A DNA stretch of 64,000 bases, taken from the sequence record PV472050.1. The stretch is one strand, 5' to 3'. Every line of letters begins with the position of its first letter. Position 1 is the first letter of the stretch. The translations under genes and the position numbers were made by a program. Positions 8,550 to 17,512 of the stretch are shown here, piece after piece. The notes beneath the pieces were generated by a model that was not told where the DNA came from, did not search any database, and saw only the letters and a program-made list of their open reading frames with translations.

Positions 8550-10520
8550 ATGGGTAAACACTCGCCTGTTGAACGGATTAAATACCTCCATGAACAACTG
8601 ACGTATCACGCCCATCTCTATTTCGTCGAGAACCGGAACGAGATCTCTGATGAAGCGTATGATGCGTTGGAGCAAGAACTCAATGAGTTGTACGACCGAT
8701 ACCCTGAAATAGCGGCTAAGTTCGATTTCTATAATCGTCCCGTTCCTATTCATGAACCCTCCGGGGAAGCCATTCAACCAATACGGTTCGAGGAACCCAT
8801 GCTCAGCTTGAAGAAAGCCTTGAGTGTGGAGGAAGCGGACACGTTCCTGTTGAAGTTCCCGGATGGTACAAACTTCTTTTACGAAGAGAAACTGGATGGG
8901 TTGGCCCTGGAGCTGGTGTATGAACAGGGACAACTGGTCAGTATGAGTACCCGGGGATCTGGATTAGTCGGGGAAGATGTGACACATTCCATAGTCCTCT
9001 TCGACGAAGCCACACTTCCTCGTGCCTTAAGGACGCTTCCTGATCGTCATAAACCCCAGGGGGATCGATTGGTTATTCGGGGTGAAGGGTACATCAGTCT
9101 GGAACGCTTCGATTCTCTGAATGAAACAGGGAGTAAACGGTCCAATCCCCGTAATGCCGTGAGTGGGTGGGTGCGGTCCCTCCCTCAGAACCAACGGGAG
9201 GATATCCGAGGAACGCTGTACTTCGCGGCGTATTACGCCAGTGATCGATTGGGGACGAAGGCCTATTCTGAATTGAGACAGGTTCTCTTAGGTTTAGGGT
9301 TTGGTGTTCCTGAATCTAGGGATTGGATTGCAATCTCAGAGAACCGGAGGGGGAACATTCGTCCGGTGGACGGGATTGTGATTAAAGTCGACAAGTTCAA
9401 GGAACAAGACGCCAGTGGAAATGGGAGTAAATTCCCTCACTGGGCGATTGCTTACAAGTTCCCTGCGGAAGAAGCGTTGACCCAGGTTGAAGGCTGTATC
9501 TGGAACACCTCTCGGTTTGGTCGGGTAGTTCCGGTGGTCCAGTATACCCCTGTAACGATCCAAGGGGTTATCTGTCAGTGTGCATCGTTGGATAACTACG
9601 GTTCGTTTATGGACTTAGGGTTATCAATCGGGGATCGGATTGTTATTACCCGGAACAACGATGTGATCCCTCGGTTGAACCGAGTGGAGGAGTGTGGGGA
9701 AGGAGACCTCCTAGAAGCGCCTACAAGCTGTCCTAGCTGCGATTCTCTCCTAGAGGTAGTGGTGGGTAGGGACAGTTCCGAACTCGTCTGTAATAACGTC
9801 GCAGAGTGCCCTGCGCAGATCGTTATGCGGTGCGTAACGACGTTTGATAAGTTTGGACTGGATGTAGACGGTTTAGGACCCGTTAAGGTCAGTGAATTGG
9901 TTGAGAAAGGATGGGTTAAACAACCGGCTGATATACTTACCCTTCCGGAAGACATTAAGGATCAATGCCTTACCCCGACGACTCGAAGAGGTTTGGAGCG
10001 TGTTCTTCAGGAACCGGTTCCTTTACACCGCTTCTTAAAGGCATTGGGTATCCCGGATATTGGGATCACCTTGGCTAAACGCCTGGCCAATGCCATCCCT
10101 GAAGGGAAGATCGAAGAATCCCTTACCAATCCTAAGTTCCTACAAAGTGTACGAGGGGTTTCAGTGGGGATTGCTTATCGGGTCGTGAACGCGTTCGACT
10201 CCCCGGTCTTTAAGGACAACTTCCACGCCCTAAAAGGGATGTTGACTCTCCGGTACACCGGAACGCAGGACGACTGCATTAAAGTCTGTATTACCGGCAA
10301 CATTGGACCTTCCCGAGGAGAACTCTGTAACCTGTTCGCTAAGGAAGGGATTGAACTCAGTGATCGGCTTACTCAGGACTGTGCCTTCGTCATTGTGGGT
10401 GATCGTCCTGGTAAATCGAAACTGTTAATTGCAACCGAATCGGGTATACCTATGCTAATTGCAAAGGATTACTCGAGCATCGACTCCCTCATTCAGTTCA
10501 TTAAAGGACACCGAGAATGA
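8550..10520 (+). CDS. ligA: NAD-dependent DNA ligase
   Basis: N-terminal Ia domain (ISDEAYDAL), adenylation motif EEKLDG, RGE, DGIVIK, WAIAYKF, Cys4 zinc finger (CPSC...CNNVAEC), HhH repeats and a C-terminal BRCT-like domain. Confidence 0.95.
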   Translation: MGKHSPVERIKYLHEQLTYHAHLYFVENRNEISDEAYDALEQELNELYDRYPEIAAKFDFYNRPVPIHEPSGEAIQPIRFEEPMLSLKKALSVEEADTFLLKFPDGTNFFYEEKLDGLALELVYEQGQLVSMSTRGSGLVGEDVTHSIVLFDEATLPRALRTLPDRHKPQGDRLVIRGEGYISLERFDSLNETGSKRSNPRNAVSGWVRSLPQNQREDIRGTLYFAAYYASDRLGTKAYSELRQVLLGLGFGVPESRDWIAISENRRGNIRPVDGIVIKVDKFKEQDASGNGSKFPHWAIAYKFPAEEALTQVEGCIWNTSRFGRVVPVVQYTPVTIQGVICQCASLDNYGSFMDLGLSIGDRIVITRNNDVIPRLNRVEECGEGDLLEAPTSCPSCDSLLEVVVGRDSSELVCNNVAECPAQIVMRCVTTFDKFGLDVDGLGPVKVSELVEKGWVKQPADILTLPEDIKDQCLTPTTRRGLERVLQEPVPLHRFLKALGIPDIGITLAKRLANAIPEGKIEESLTNPKFLQSVRGVSVGIAYRVVNAFDSPVFKDNFHALKGMLTLRYTGTQDDCIKVCITGNIGPSRGELCNLFAKEGIELSDRLTQDCAFVIVGDRPGKSKLLIATESGIPMLIAKDYSSIDSLIQFIKGHRE

Positions 10521-11824
10521 CTGTTAAAACCGACACCAACGACCAACAACACACTACCACTGACCCGGTAGTAGCAATGAAACTCAAGAAGGCCGAGAAG
10601 GCTTTGAAACACTCCAAGGAACTGGGTAAGAAGATGAAACACGACAAGGAACAGTCGGATAAGAAATCCATTACCCAACCCACTGAGAATAAAGAACACC
10701 GTTCCGCTCCTGAGCCTTCTAAGCCCAAGGTGGTGGTTGACGGTAAGGAACTGGTGGCTCTCGATACCAAGCCGTACGGCGAATGGATCCGTTCCAAAGA
10801 AGGCCGTGAGATTCTTGGGAATAAATACTGGTCAGTAGGTGTAACCGCGGAAATCGACCTCTTCTCTCATTTCAAGACGACTCTTTACGGTGTTGAACTT
10901 GATCTCTTGGTCGACTCCTATTCTGAAGTTACGCTGGAAACCCCTACTGACGTTCCTTTCCTTAACGTCAGTAAGCGTAAGGGGAGTGCCGTGGTAGTCA
11001 ACTCGGTGGTTAATCGTTGTGAGTTTGAAGGGGAGAATTGTCTTCTGAATGTCGAGGTTAACGACTGTATAGTTAACAACAGCGGTGTCGCTCGTACAAA
11101 ATCGATGGTGTTGCGACCAATCGACGAACTGATCGACTTCTCAAAAACAACGAATGTATTTAGACGAGGGGTTGATCAACGCGCCCGGTACAACGACTGC
11201 CGGTTCATCGAATCCGAAATTAAAGATTCTCCCATCAATGGCAAGGGCTTAGTGAAAGAGTCGTATGTGGATCGTACCCACATTACCGCTGGGAAGTTTG
11301 CCATCGTTAAATCGCATCTTACCACCACCACCCTCACCGCATCCATGCTGTCTCTCTCGAAAGCTTACCTTCATGGTTGTTACTTGAGCGTTTCTGAAAC
11401 GCTGATCCTTCGCAACTTCACCCTCCGGAATAAGACGCTTTACATGAGGTCACTCTACGCGCCTAATAAACTGGGTCTTACGGAGATCGAACTTCCGTTC
11501 CATCCTCAAAATCTTATTCTGCACCGCACCTCAAAAACACAGTATGTAATCTCCATCCGCTCGGGTGGTTCGTCCGGCCTTGAACTGGGGAGCGACGTAA
11601 CTTGGGAAGAACTCAGTGAAAAACTGGGTGAACTCTTGATAAAAACCCCGATGGTCAATAACGAGATCTCTGAAGACGGACTCCTCTTCAAAAGCATCTT
11701 GAATTATGTCCTGAAGTCGGTGATTTCTCGGATGAAGATCATCAAGTTGATGGACGATGTGATGGCTGTTAACCGTAGTATCACATCAGATTTCGAGGAT
11801 CCTGAGTCCGTCCCGTATTGTTAG
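10517..11824 (+). CDS. Hypothetical protein with a Lys-rich N-terminus and a probable beta-helix core
   Basis: 435-aa ORF coupled to ligA. It carries short repeats such as NSVVNRCEF, VNDCIVNNS and NDCRFIESEI. Confidence 0.75.
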   Translation: MTVKTDTNDQQHTTTDPVVAMKLKKAEKALKHSKELGKKMKHDKEQSDKKSITQPTENKEHRSAPEPSKPKVVVDGKELVALDTKPYGEWIRSKEGREILGNKYWSVGVTAEIDLFSHFKTTLYGVELDLLVDSYSEVTLETPTDVPFLNVSKRKGSAVVVNSVVNRCEFEGENCLLNVEVNDCIVNNSGVARTKSMVLRPIDELIDFSKTTNVFRRGVDQRARYNDCRFIESEIKDSPINGKGLVKESYVDRTHITAGKFAIVKSHLTTTTLTASMLSLSKAYLHGCYLSVSETLILRNFTLRNKTLYMRSLYAPNKLGLTEIELPFHPQNLILHRTSKTQYVISIRSGGSSGLELGSDVTWEELSEKLGELLIKTPMVNNEISEDGLLFKSILNYVLKSVISRMKIIKLMDDVMAVNRSITSDFEDPESVPYC

Positions 11825-11833
11825 TACACAACA

Positions 11834-11865
11834 CCTTACTCCCCAGGTAATCCTGGGGAGTGAGG
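11834..11865 (+). terminator. Hairpin
   Basis: ccttactccccagg-taat-cctggggagtgagg. Confidence 0.65.
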
Positions 11866-11904
11866 GTTTAATTGCCTACTTACCTGTAAAAGGGAGGTTA
11901 ACGA

Positions 11905-12396
11905 ATGTCCAAAACAAAGAGGAATGACCGATATGTCATTTATACCGATGGGAGTGCGTTAGGGAATCCAGGTCCGGGCGGTTACGGTGTTTACGCTAAA
12001 TACAAAGGGGAAGAATTCTCCCTGAGTAAAGGGTATTACAAAACCACTAACAACCGCCAAGAACTCATGAGTGTGATTGCAGCCCTGGAAGAGTTCGGTC
12101 CTAATATCAAAGTGGACATCTTCACAGACTCCCAATACGTCATTAAGTGTGCTACGAAATGGATGAGAGGATGGATACGGAACAACTGGATGGGTTATAA
12201 CTCTGGACAACCGGTTAAGAACCGGGATCTGTTGGAAGTCCTCAATGAACTCTTGAAGAAGAATAAGGTAAAGTTCCATTGGGTTAAAGGTCACTCAGGG
12301 GATGAAGGTAATGAAAAGGCAGACCAATTAGCCAAGGATGCTGCCAATAATCCGGAAGCCCACGATATGGAATACATGAAAGTCTTAGGGTTCTAA
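11905..12396 (+). CDS. rnhA: Ribonuclease HI
   Basis: YTDGSALGNPGPGGYG, TNNRQEL, TDSQYV and WVKGHSGDEGNEKADQLA, with all four acidic residues present. Confidence 0.97.
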   Translation: MSKTKRNDRYVIYTDGSALGNPGPGGYGVYAKYKGEEFSLSKGYYKTTNNRQELMSVIAALEEFGPNIKVDIFTDSQYVIKCATKWMRGWIRNNWMGYNSGQPVKNRDLLEVLNELLKKNKVKFHWVKGHSGDEGNEKADQLAKDAANNPEAHDMEYMKVLGF

Positions 12397-12421
12397 TCAA
12401 TCAACCGTGGAGATTAACACT

Positions 12422-13765
12422 ATGAAAAGCTTTATTGATGTATCAGTAGTAGAAGATGGGGGCAAACAGTTCCTCTTCGGTATTACTGCGAATCAAAAGA
12501 CAGGACGACCCGAAGTCGTAGGATATACCGATCCTGATTATTTCAGAGAGGGTGTTGACCGTGTGTTTGAACAGCTTATCCGGGAAGAACAAAGAAAGGA
12601 AGCGGATATTAAACTCCAGTTGGCCTTTATTAAGGCGGTCAAGGAACATCCCGGTAAACAACTGCAACTCACGCTTTGCTACAGCGCAAATGGACCGTCG
12701 GCTGGAGAATTTTATTGGGTGGAGGATCGGTGTTATACAGTTGACGGAGTGTCCTTCCTATCGAAAGCACCGGTATGCATCTATCATAAGAACTGTCTGG
12801 ACGGTACTGCGGCAGCTTGGGCGGTAAGAAGCGCGCTCCCCTTGGTTGAATTGGTGGCTATGAGTTATCATGATGATCCGTACGAACTCTTTGGTTCGGG
12901 GTTGGAGTATCTACAAGGGAGAATGGTCTATTGTGTTGATTTCAGTTTTAAGAAAGCGGTTGTAGAAGCGATTGCTAATCTACCGGATACAGGCTTGCTG
13001 ATCTTGGATCATCACGAGAGTGCTCAACGGGAACTGGGTGAACTCGTCGTTGGTTATTCCGGGAAATCAACGCTGGGTGATCGGGTTGAGATTATCATCG
13101 ATATGACACGTTCAGGCGCTAAGTTGACGTACGACTACTTCCACCCTCAACAACCGACGCCTCCGGGTATTCTGGCAGTACAAGATCGGGATCTGTGGAA
13201 ATGGGAGTACGAAGGCAGTAAGGAATGGACCGCGGCCGCCTTTGGGTATCCCCTCACCGTTGAGAGTTTCGATAAACTGATTCATCGGGATTACCAAGAC
13301 GTGGTAGAAGAAGGTCGTACAGTCCTTCGTAAGCAGGAATTGGATGTTGAGAAACTGCTCCCGAGTGCGCGGCCTTACACGTTGGAGGGTTACAACTGCT
13401 TGATTGTTAATGCCAGTTATTTCCACGCCAGTGACGTAGGGGATAAACTGAAGGGTCGAGACGGCATTGACTTTGTAGTCACTTACATGGATGGTAAGGA
13501 TAGCCGTATCTTCTCTCTACGGGGTAAGGATAAAGTGAATCTAGCGGAAGTGGCTGAACGTTTTGGAGGAGGCGGCCACCCTAACGCAGCAGGGTTCACC
13601 TTGAGCTTCAACGATCCTCGTTTCTCTCGATCTCACGCTGAGCTGTATTCGGATAAACAGGAGGGGGATTACATCCGGTACCCGATCGTAGGTATTCCAT
13701 TTGATGGGGGGTGGTTAGTATACAAGCTAACCACCCTGTTCTCTCTATTTTTTTTTTCGGGATAA
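12422..13765 (+). CDS. DHH/DHHA1 family phosphoesterase with an extra N-terminal region
   Basis: YHKNCLDG, VDFS, ILDHHES, DRDLWKW and GGGGHPNAAGF motifs. ATG at 12422 after gtggag. Confidence 0.88.
   Translation: MKSFIDVSVVEDGGKQFLFGITANQKTGRPEVVGYTDPDYFREGVDRVFEQLIREEQRKEADIKLQLAFIKAVKEHPGKQLQLTLCYSANGPSAGEFYWVEDRCYTVDGVSFLSKAPVCIYHKNCLDGTAAAWAVRSALPLVELVAMSYHDDPYELFGSGLEYLQGRMVYCVDFSFKKAVVEAIANLPDTGLLILDHHESAQRELGELVVGYSGKSTLGDRVEIIIDMTRSGAKLTYDYFHPQQPTPPGILAVQDRDLWKWEYEGSKEWTAAAFGYPLTVESFDKLIHRDYQDVVEEGRTVLRKQELDVEKLLPSARPYTLEGYNCLIVNASYFHASDVGDKLKGRDGIDFVVTYMDGKDSRIFSLRGKDKVNLAEVAERFGGGGHPNAAGFTLSFNDPRFSRSHAELYSDKQEGDYIRYPIVGIPFDGGWLVYKLTTLFSLFFFSG
13709..13757 (+). terminator. Intrinsic-terminator-like hairpin plus T10, lying inside the 3' end of the DHH ORF
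   Basis: gggtggttag-tatacaag-ctaaccaccc, followed by a run of 10 T (13748-13757). Confidence 0.55.
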
Positions 13766-13770
13766 GTGGA

Positions 13771-14196
13771 ATGAATAATTACGGGTATGTGGATGTGTCC
13801 TTGGTAGGACCTGAAGTAGAGGAAATCTTTGGCTTGCTCTTGGAGTGTGGTATTGCACCGGCTGCGGAGTACAACCTGCATTGTACCCTGATGTACGATG
13901 AACAGGCAGAAGAACCGCTGGTAAAACTGAATCCTGATGCGAAATTCACCGCCTACGTGACAGGGATTGACGTACTGGGAGATGGGTTGGTGTTTAACCT
14001 TACCAGCAAAGACCTCGCTGATGAACACCGTAGGTTGAAAGACGGTGGGTATACCCATTCCTTTGATGCCTTCTTACCGCACATGTCTGTCACCTATGAC
14101 TTCGATGAATACGACATGTTGAAAGTGAAGCAAGCGTTTGCAACCTGGGGTGGTCGACAACTCACCTTCAGTAAAGAATCGTTCGGAACCAAATAA
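13771..14196 (+). CDS. 2H phosphodiesterase, Acb1 (anti-CBASS, T4 gp57B)-like
   Basis: Two H-x-T/S motifs (LHCTLMY, PHMSVTY) about 67 aa apart. The segment LVFNLTSKDLADEHRRLKDGGYTHSFDAFLPHMSVTY parallels T4 Acb1 [37 protein letters not shown] (recalled). Confidence 0.8.
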   Translation: MNNYGYVDVSLVGPEVEEIFGLLLECGIAPAAEYNLHCTLMYDEQAEEPLVKLNPDAKFTAYVTGIDVLGDGLVFNLTSKDLADEHRRLKDGGYTHSFDAFLPHMSVTYDFDEYDMLKVKQAFATWGGRQLTFSKESFGTK

Positions 14197-14205
14197 GACC
14201 CGATA

Positions 14206-14235
14206 CTACCCCTACCCTTGACCGGGTAGGGGTAG
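14206..14235 (+). terminator. Hairpin
   Basis: ctacccctaccc-ttgacc-gggtaggggtag. Confidence 0.65.
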
Positions 14236-14272
14236 GTTTAAGGGAGTAAAAAGTTAAGTTAAGGAATGAAAC

Positions 14273-14292
14273 AAACCTACATAACCAGGGTG
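14273..14292 (+). promoter_or_regulatory. Phage promoter motif, copy 2
   Basis: aaacctacataaccagggtg. Confidence 0.75.
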
Positions 14293-14359
14293 AATAGACA
14301 ACGGGATTGTTTGCAGGTAAGTGACTTTCCCTTCTAAAGACAGAAAAAGGGTTATCAAG

Positions 14360-15574
14360 ATGAGCGTGACTACTGACTTCAATGCCGCCCTGGCGAATGT
14401 CTTGAGTGACATCGGTGAAAAGACGGACCGTGAGGAGATCCTGTCGATCATTTACCACCACCTCTTCGACGAGACGCGTTTCAATAAATCAAAGCGTCCG
14501 TCTGCGCTGAAGAAGATCAACGAGGCAACTCGTTCCCGGTTTACGATGAACGACGTTCGTCATGCCGGTAAGAAACCGGAGAAGTTGATCGTAACGGATA
14601 AACTGTCCGGGCAAGTTGACATTCCCGTCCGTGTGATGGGTGAAGTGAGCGAACAGGTCTCGCAGGCAGAGACTGTTCCGGTAACCCCTACTGAAACTGA
14701 TGCAATGACCCACCTGGAGAACACCATGAAAGAAGAAAACCAACCGCTCGCCCAACAACTCCTGGAACGATCCCAAGGTGCCCGCGCCGCCTATGAAGAA
14801 CAGGCGGGGGTTTCCAGCTGGTCCGACAGCAATGACAGCGACGAGGTCGTCGAGGTACTGGGGGTGACCTTCAAGGCCGACAACATCCTGTCCTACACCA
14901 TCGACGCCTGGCTGATCAACGGCGGTCTCCCGACTCACCTGAAGACCGAACTGGAAGAGCTCGTCAAGAGTCAAGACCACTCGTCCCCAGCGGGCGCGCT
15001 CCGTGCCTTCCTGGACGACCACCCCGAACTCAGCCAGGAGTTCATCAATCAGTACAGCAAGGCGGTAAAAGACATCAACGCCACCGGCGTGGAAGCTGAA
15101 AAGGCGCGCCGTGATGCGGCTAAAGCCCAACGGCAAGCGCCGGGTACCTTCAAGGAACGTGTCGTCTACACCCTCCGGGGCGGTCGTGAAGAAGGCTTCG
15201 GTTCCGGCGCGGTGGCGGCTGCTGCGGCGATCATCGGCGGCGGTGTCGAAATGGCATCACGTGGGAATGTGAGCATCGGTTCGGTTGTGGGTACGGGGCT
15301 GGGTGCGGCGGCCGGTTACTTCGCGGCTGAGAAAGCAGAAGGCCTCATGAAGAGCGAACCGGGTCGTTACATCGTGAGTGGTTCGATCGGTCTGATCCTG
15401 GGTGGGGCGGGTTCCAACCTCGGACGTACCACTCAAGGCCTTCTGGGCTTCGGTCCTCAGCAGCCCCAAGGCGAGCCCGTAGCGACGGTTTCCGTTCGGG
15501 AGCAGGTCACGGCACAACCGGAACCGGTTCCTCAATCCCAGGGCATTCTGGCCACGGTAGCTGCCCTGTTCTAA
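14360..15574 (+). CDS. Hypothetical protein with C-terminal glycine-zipper hydrophobic helices
   Basis: ATG at 14360. GxxxG-rich hydrophobic segments (AVAAAAAIIGGG, GSVVGTGLGAAAGY, GSIGLILGGAGSNLG) and strongly C/G-ending codons. Confidence 0.8.
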   Translation: MSVTTDFNAALANVLSDIGEKTDREEILSIIYHHLFDETRFNKSKRPSALKKINEATRSRFTMNDVRHAGKKPEKLIVTDKLSGQVDIPVRVMGEVSEQVSQAETVPVTPTETDAMTHLENTMKEENQPLAQQLLERSQGARAAYEEQAGVSSWSDSNDSDEVVEVLGVTFKADNILSYTIDAWLINGGLPTHLKTELEELVKSQDHSSPAGALRAFLDDHPELSQEFINQYSKAVKDINATGVEAEKARRDAAKAQRQAPGTFKERVVYTLRGGREEGFGSGAVAAAAAIIGGGVEMASRGNVSIGSVVGTGLGAAAGYFAAEKAEGLMKSEPGRYIVSGSIGLILGGAGSNLGRTTQGLLGFGPQQPQGEPVATVSVREQVTAQPEPVPQSQGILATVAALF

Positions 15575-15683
15575 GCAATACGGAATAACAGCGAACATGA
15601 TTAAACTCAGTTAATCGACTGACGGTGCTCGACTACGAGGGGTTATTCCCTCGTAGTTGGGTATTCGTTCTCTATTTTTTAAT

Positions 15684-15703
15684 ACACCTACATCATTCTT
15701 GTG
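15684..15703 (+). promoter_or_regulatory. Phage promoter motif, copy 3
   Basis: acacctacatcattcttgtg. Confidence 0.65.
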
Positions 15704-15705
15704 TA

Positions 15706-16059
15706 ATGAGAGTGTTTATTTTTGTTAGAGGTAAGGTTGTGAACACATCCAACACACCACATAAACCCCTCCAGTTCAGCCATCAGTTCTTCTACACCAT
15801 GGGGTATAAGGCTGGGTACTACGGAGCTCCACTCGAACTCAAGGACTACTCCTTGTCTTCGTGCCAATTCAATTGCCTCTACCTGGGGTATATCCACGGG
15901 TATTCTGAGAAGAGAAAGAAAGGGATTTGGAATTTCCTTAAGAATGTCTACCTTAAAGTGCGGTATAAAAGAACCCTTATTGGGGATTCCCAAGCCCAGT
16001 TTGAGAAGGACTATGGGCATATCCCCCAGATTCGTTATCACCTTAATCCATCTGAATAA
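15706..16059 (+). CDS. Hypothetical protein (start is ATG 15706 or GTG 15739)
   Basis: ORF directly behind the promoter motif. GTG 15739 has a gaggtaagg RBS. Confidence 0.65.
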   Translation: MRVFIFVRGKVVNTSNTPHKPLQFSHQFFYTMGYKAGYYGAPLELKDYSLSSCQFNCLYLGYIHGYSEKRKKGIWNFLKNVYLKVRYKRTLIGDSQAQFEKDYGHIPQIRYHLNPSE

Positions 16060-16074
16060 GCGAGGTTGATATTA

Positions 16075-16674
16075 ATGGACGCATATGTCAACGATCCAAC
16101 GCTCCCTAACTTCGATCAAGAGATCCGAGCGCTCCAATACCTTAAAGACCATTTTACCCGTAATCCCAAGAAGATGAAGAAGATGTGTCTGAGGATGTTG
16201 CCTGAACTCCCTGGGTTCATTCGGGACACCTTTATTAACAACATTATTCTGGGGAAAGATCCTATTCACTGGCTGGAACACGCATTCGCTGAAATGGACC
16301 AGTATCCTGTCTTAATGAAACAGTTCATTGAGGAAGGGAACCATGGGATGATCTTTGATAAGGGAACCCTCTATGGTTTCAGCCTGAAGACCAACCCGAA
16401 GTGGTTGAGTAACCAAGATGGGGAATGGGACCCTGAGGAGGAACAGGCGATTATCGATCAGGCGCTGAATGCGTGGATGGTTAAGGAGCGTCGTCGAAGC
16501 TTCCGGGGGCGTATTGTGCTCTTCCAAGACTTTGGGTTCTCCGGGATTACGTTCCTGGTCGATCATGCCTTTACGGATGAATACTGGGAGGAATGTCAGA
16601 AACAATGGGAACTGGAGGATAAACGCCAGTTGGATCAAGAACTTAGGGCACTTCTTTCTAAGGCAGGTTGTTGA
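16075..16674 (+). CDS. Hypothetical protein
   Basis: ATG at 16075 after gaggt; 199 aa. Confidence 0.75.
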   Translation: MDAYVNDPTLPNFDQEIRALQYLKDHFTRNPKKMKKMCLRMLPELPGFIRDTFINNIILGKDPIHWLEHAFAEMDQYPVLMKQFIEEGNHGMIFDKGTLYGFSLKTNPKWLSNQDGEWDPEEEQAIIDQALNAWMVKERRRSFRGRIVLFQDFGFSGITFLVDHAFTDEYWEECQKQWELEDKRQLDQELRALLSKAGC

Positions 16675-16788
16675 GCATCACAGTCTGCGGAACAACATCT
16701 TCTCGCAGGGCGAGGATTACCTCAAAGCCCGCAAATCCACCACTCAGGGTCTTGTTACCTTGAACATCAGCTGTAAGGAGCTTAAGTA

Positions 16789-17163
16789 ATGCAATACACC
16801 CAAGAGAGTTTGGCCGAGACTCCAATGGAACAACGTATCGAAGCGATGCTGTTCGGACTCCAAACCCTGACCTTCCAAATGAACACCTCGATCGTCGAGT
16901 TCTACATCGGCGAGGTCAAGCTGAAAGCGCAGCCGGGTGCTCTGGTCGCTGACATCGTCGTCGAGCGCGATGGTGAACCGCTGGTGCATTACCGCGCCCG
17001 TTCCGAAGGCACCACCATTTCGATACCGAAGTCCAGTGTCAGTGAGCAGAAACTCATCGAGTACCTCGAGAAGTTCTCGGTCATGGTGATCTACGCTATT
17101 CACCGTGCGTTTATCAAGGAACATTGCGATAACCGCACTACCCTCATCCCTCCCCAAGAGTAA
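16789..17163 (+). CDS. Hypothetical protein (124 aa)
   Basis: RBS aaggag and host-like C/G-ending codons. Confidence 0.8.
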   Translation: MQYTQESLAETPMEQRIEAMLFGLQTLTFQMNTSIVEFYIGEVKLKAQPGALVADIVVERDGEPLVHYRARSEGTTISIPKSSVSEQKLIEYLEKFSVMVIYAIHRAFIKEHCDNRTTLIPPQE

Positions 17164-17171
17164 TCTTACTT

Positions 17172-17191
17172 AGGGGTAGGCAACTACCCCT
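17172..17191. terminator. Hairpin
   Basis: aggggtag-gcaa-ctacccct. Confidence 0.5.
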
Positions 17192-17246
17192 TCCCCGATC
17201 CTGGGTTATTCTCTGCTGGATCGGAATAATAAACGGTGAGGATGCC

Positions 17247-17411
17247 ATGAAACCTAAAGTCGAACACCCCAAGGTTCCCTATACCCCCTTCTTAACCTTT
17301 CCCGAATACCTTGTCGCTACCGATGTGAAGCTACAGGTTAAGGTGTTTAAGAAGGAATTGGAACGGATTAAGGACGATCCCACTCACGAACTGAATACCT
17401 TGGTCCTGTAA
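17247..17411 (+). CDS. Small hypothetical protein (54 aa, MKPKVEHPKVPYTPFLTFPEY...), missing from the ORF track
   Basis: RBS ggtgagga, ATG 17247, TAA 17409-17411, followed by a hairpin at 17421-17452. Confidence 0.65.
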   Translation: MKPKVEHPKVPYTPFLTFPEYLVATDVKLQVKVFKKELERIKDDPTHELNTLVL

Positions 17412-17492
17412 CCCGCTTAACCACCCCCACTCTGTAAAAGGAGTTGGGGTGGTGGGTGTTTATTTCTTTTAGTTTAAAACGTATTTATTCTC

Positions 17493-17512
17493 AAACCTAC
17501 ATTATTCATATG
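17493..17512 (+). promoter_or_regulatory. Phage promoter motif, copy 4
   Basis: aaacctacattattcatatg. Confidence 0.8.

Noticed and set aside
15703-15708. Apparent leaderless transcript (ATG 3 nt after the promoter TG)
   Set aside because: An in-frame GTG at 15739 has a good RBS, so leaderless initiation is not needed to explain the gene.
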